From NCBI GenBank assembly GCA_030390025.1, contig CM059432.1, positions 90,832,001 to 90,896,000 on the forward strand: 64,000 bases of DNA, read 5' to 3'. Of this stretch, positions 62,401 through 64,000 are shown one piece after another. The notes beneath the pieces were generated by a model, which saw nothing but the letters and a program-made list of their open reading frames with translations, was not told the DNA's origin and ran no database searches. Positions within the stretch are counted from its first letter, which is position 1, and each line of letters begins with the position of its first letter. The stretch is from Squalus acanthias (lineage: Eukaryota). The translations under genes and the position numbers were made by a program.

Positions 62401-62880
62401 TCTGTTAGGAATATGAACTTTGTAATATTATAGACAAAGGCTGCAGTTCTGCATCTATATGCCAAGCATGAGTTCAATACACAGTCAAACATTTGAAGGT
62501 TAAATGAACAGATATACTCACAGCCAACATCGAGATTCCGTAAGATACGGTCATGGAAGAGCACGTTAAAGTCAGTTGAGAACAACTGTCTATCTCTTCT
62601 TCCAACTTCTTCCCCTTTCTCATATCTTCCCACCTGTGGTTATGATCTCACTTCATTTATACTGTTTGTAGACTGCACTAATCTATAGGTCTTTGCATTC
62701 ATAACCTTTTACCCACTTTCAGTGTCAGTCCCTATCAAGATTCTCCAGGCCTGCTAATTATAATGGTCCCAAAATTGCACAGAAAGCATTGATGTTTGGG
62801 TTAGCAAGACATAAAAACCTTATAAACATGTGCCAGCTGGCCTCAAAGAATGCTGTAATTGATCTTTGTACAGACATAAT

Positions 62881-63623
62881 GGCCCAAAAATTAGTCCCGC
62901 GACGCGAGAGTACGCACTGCATACTCTCGCGTATTCTGTCACCAATTGCCGGTTTTCTGCATGCACTGCGCATGCGCTGAAAACCGGCACTTGGTTTTTG
63001 GAAAAGGGGGCGGTTCCTCGGTGCACCGCGTGCGCGCTACAGGCTGCGTGCACGCTGTGCACTTAGTGCTTTGGACGCGCAGGTAAGGACGGAAGATTTT
63101 AGAAATGAAAAAAGGAGGAGTAAGACCCACTTTTAACAAGGTAAGTAGTGAATTAAGTATTATTTTGAATTTTTTTTAACAGGTATATCTTTTTTAGAGA
63201 CTTTAAAGACAGGTAAGTTTGTTTTTATAACTTTTTAAAAGATTTTAAATTTTTTCAAAAATTTAATTTTTTATTTAAAATGGTTAATTTATTTAACTAT
63301 ACTTATTTTATTAATGTGATGGTTTTTTTTTAAATTTAATTGAGGGTTAGCTGTTATTTTGGGGGGGTGTAAGATTCATAGCTTTCACAGCACTTATGTG
63401 AAACTTATGAATGGAAGATGGTGTGCTGCCATTGGCTCTAACTGAGTCACGTGATCCCACAGCTCGCACGAATTCACTACGCCAGTGGGATACGCAAGCA
63501 CTGCCCAGCTGATGTCTAGAACATCAAGTTCGTGCGAGCTGGATCTGAAAAAGCCAACGCGGAGTGAGAGATCGCGGGGAAACCTTACCCCCGCGTCAAC
63601 ACTCAGTCTTTAATTTCTGGGCC
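62881..63623 (+). mobile_element. Harbinger-type MITE related to 4090-4723
   Basis: GGCCCAAAAATT / AATTTCTGGGCC ends, AAT TSD, shared GCGCATGCGCTGAAAA core. Confidence 0.78.
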
Positions 63624-63656
63624 AATGTCAGTTGCTTTTGCAGTCTTTCAGTCATT

Positions 63657-64000
63657 GGCCTAGAAATTCGTGGCCGCCACAAAAGCTGCCGGTGCCACCG
63701 CGGCCGGGGGTTAACGGCCGCCGAAAATGGTGGCACTAACATGACTGAAAAATTGGCACTAGGGACTAATTATCATTAGCCCAGCGCTCTCTCCTCGCTC
63801 TCTTAGGCAGTCCCACGGAACCGAGGATGACTTGCTTCCACGCTAAAAATGAGTTCTCAGGTGACTGATGAGTCCAATGCAGTCTCTGTCACAGGTGCTT
63901 CAGAGACATGGACCATGTACAGCAGGCACCTCCAAGCCCAGCGCTAAACTCACAATGCAACACCGTCCTGGGGGCGTTGGTCCTGCCTGCAGGTTCCAAT
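63657..64000. mobile_element. Harbinger derivative end (family of 52530-54103), running off the window
   Basis: GGCCTAGAAATTC...GCCACAAAAGCTGCCGGTGCCAC shared with 52530. Confidence 0.7.
63789..63934 (-). mobile_element. Short RTE-like LINE 3' end
   Basis: 11-bp TSD AGCCCAGCGCT; the minus strand encodes TCDRDC..IGLISHLRTHF*, a C-terminal zinc-finger-like motif. Confidence 0.65.

Noticed and set aside
63862..63885. CTGATGAGTCC looks like a hammerhead core
   Set aside because: No GAAA or stem II partner follows; it is the antisense of the RTE-like coding motif IGLISHL.
1..64000. CRISPR array or prokaryotic operon
   Set aside because: No regularly spaced direct repeats; the content is vertebrate intronic TE sequence.

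Overview
Eukaryotic (vertebrate) DNA, almost entirely transposable elements. The repeat repertoire (dense CR1 LINEs, a Deu-type tRNA SINE, Penelope termini, Harbinger elements) suggests a cartilaginous fish, but this is inference. The window appears to lie within a + strand host gene for a coiled-coil protein: two 168-nt phase-0 exons sit at 18071-18238 and 61456-61623. The centrepiece is a complete but decayed 10.26-kb LTR element on the - strand (25318-35578; TG...CA LTRs of about 1 kb, 4-bp GTAT target duplication, PBS-like site, PPT). It encodes a coiled-coil/CCHC Gag joined in frame to Pol through a UGA-CUAG readthrough-type stop. Pol has a retrovirus-like RT, two RNase H folds and an integrase. 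The spliced env has a signal peptide, an Ig-like domain, an RWKR furin site and a class I F-like ectodomain with a TM helix, so the element looks like a lokiretrovirus-type endogenous retrovirus. Also present are Penelope-derived long palindromes carrying minimal hammerhead motifs, an ORF1-less LINE with a tRNA-SINE head, two Myb+transposase Harbinger elements, many Harbinger-type MITEs, nested CR1/L2 stacks and a probable old DIRS relic. All family assignments come from motif recognition by eye; no database searches were run.
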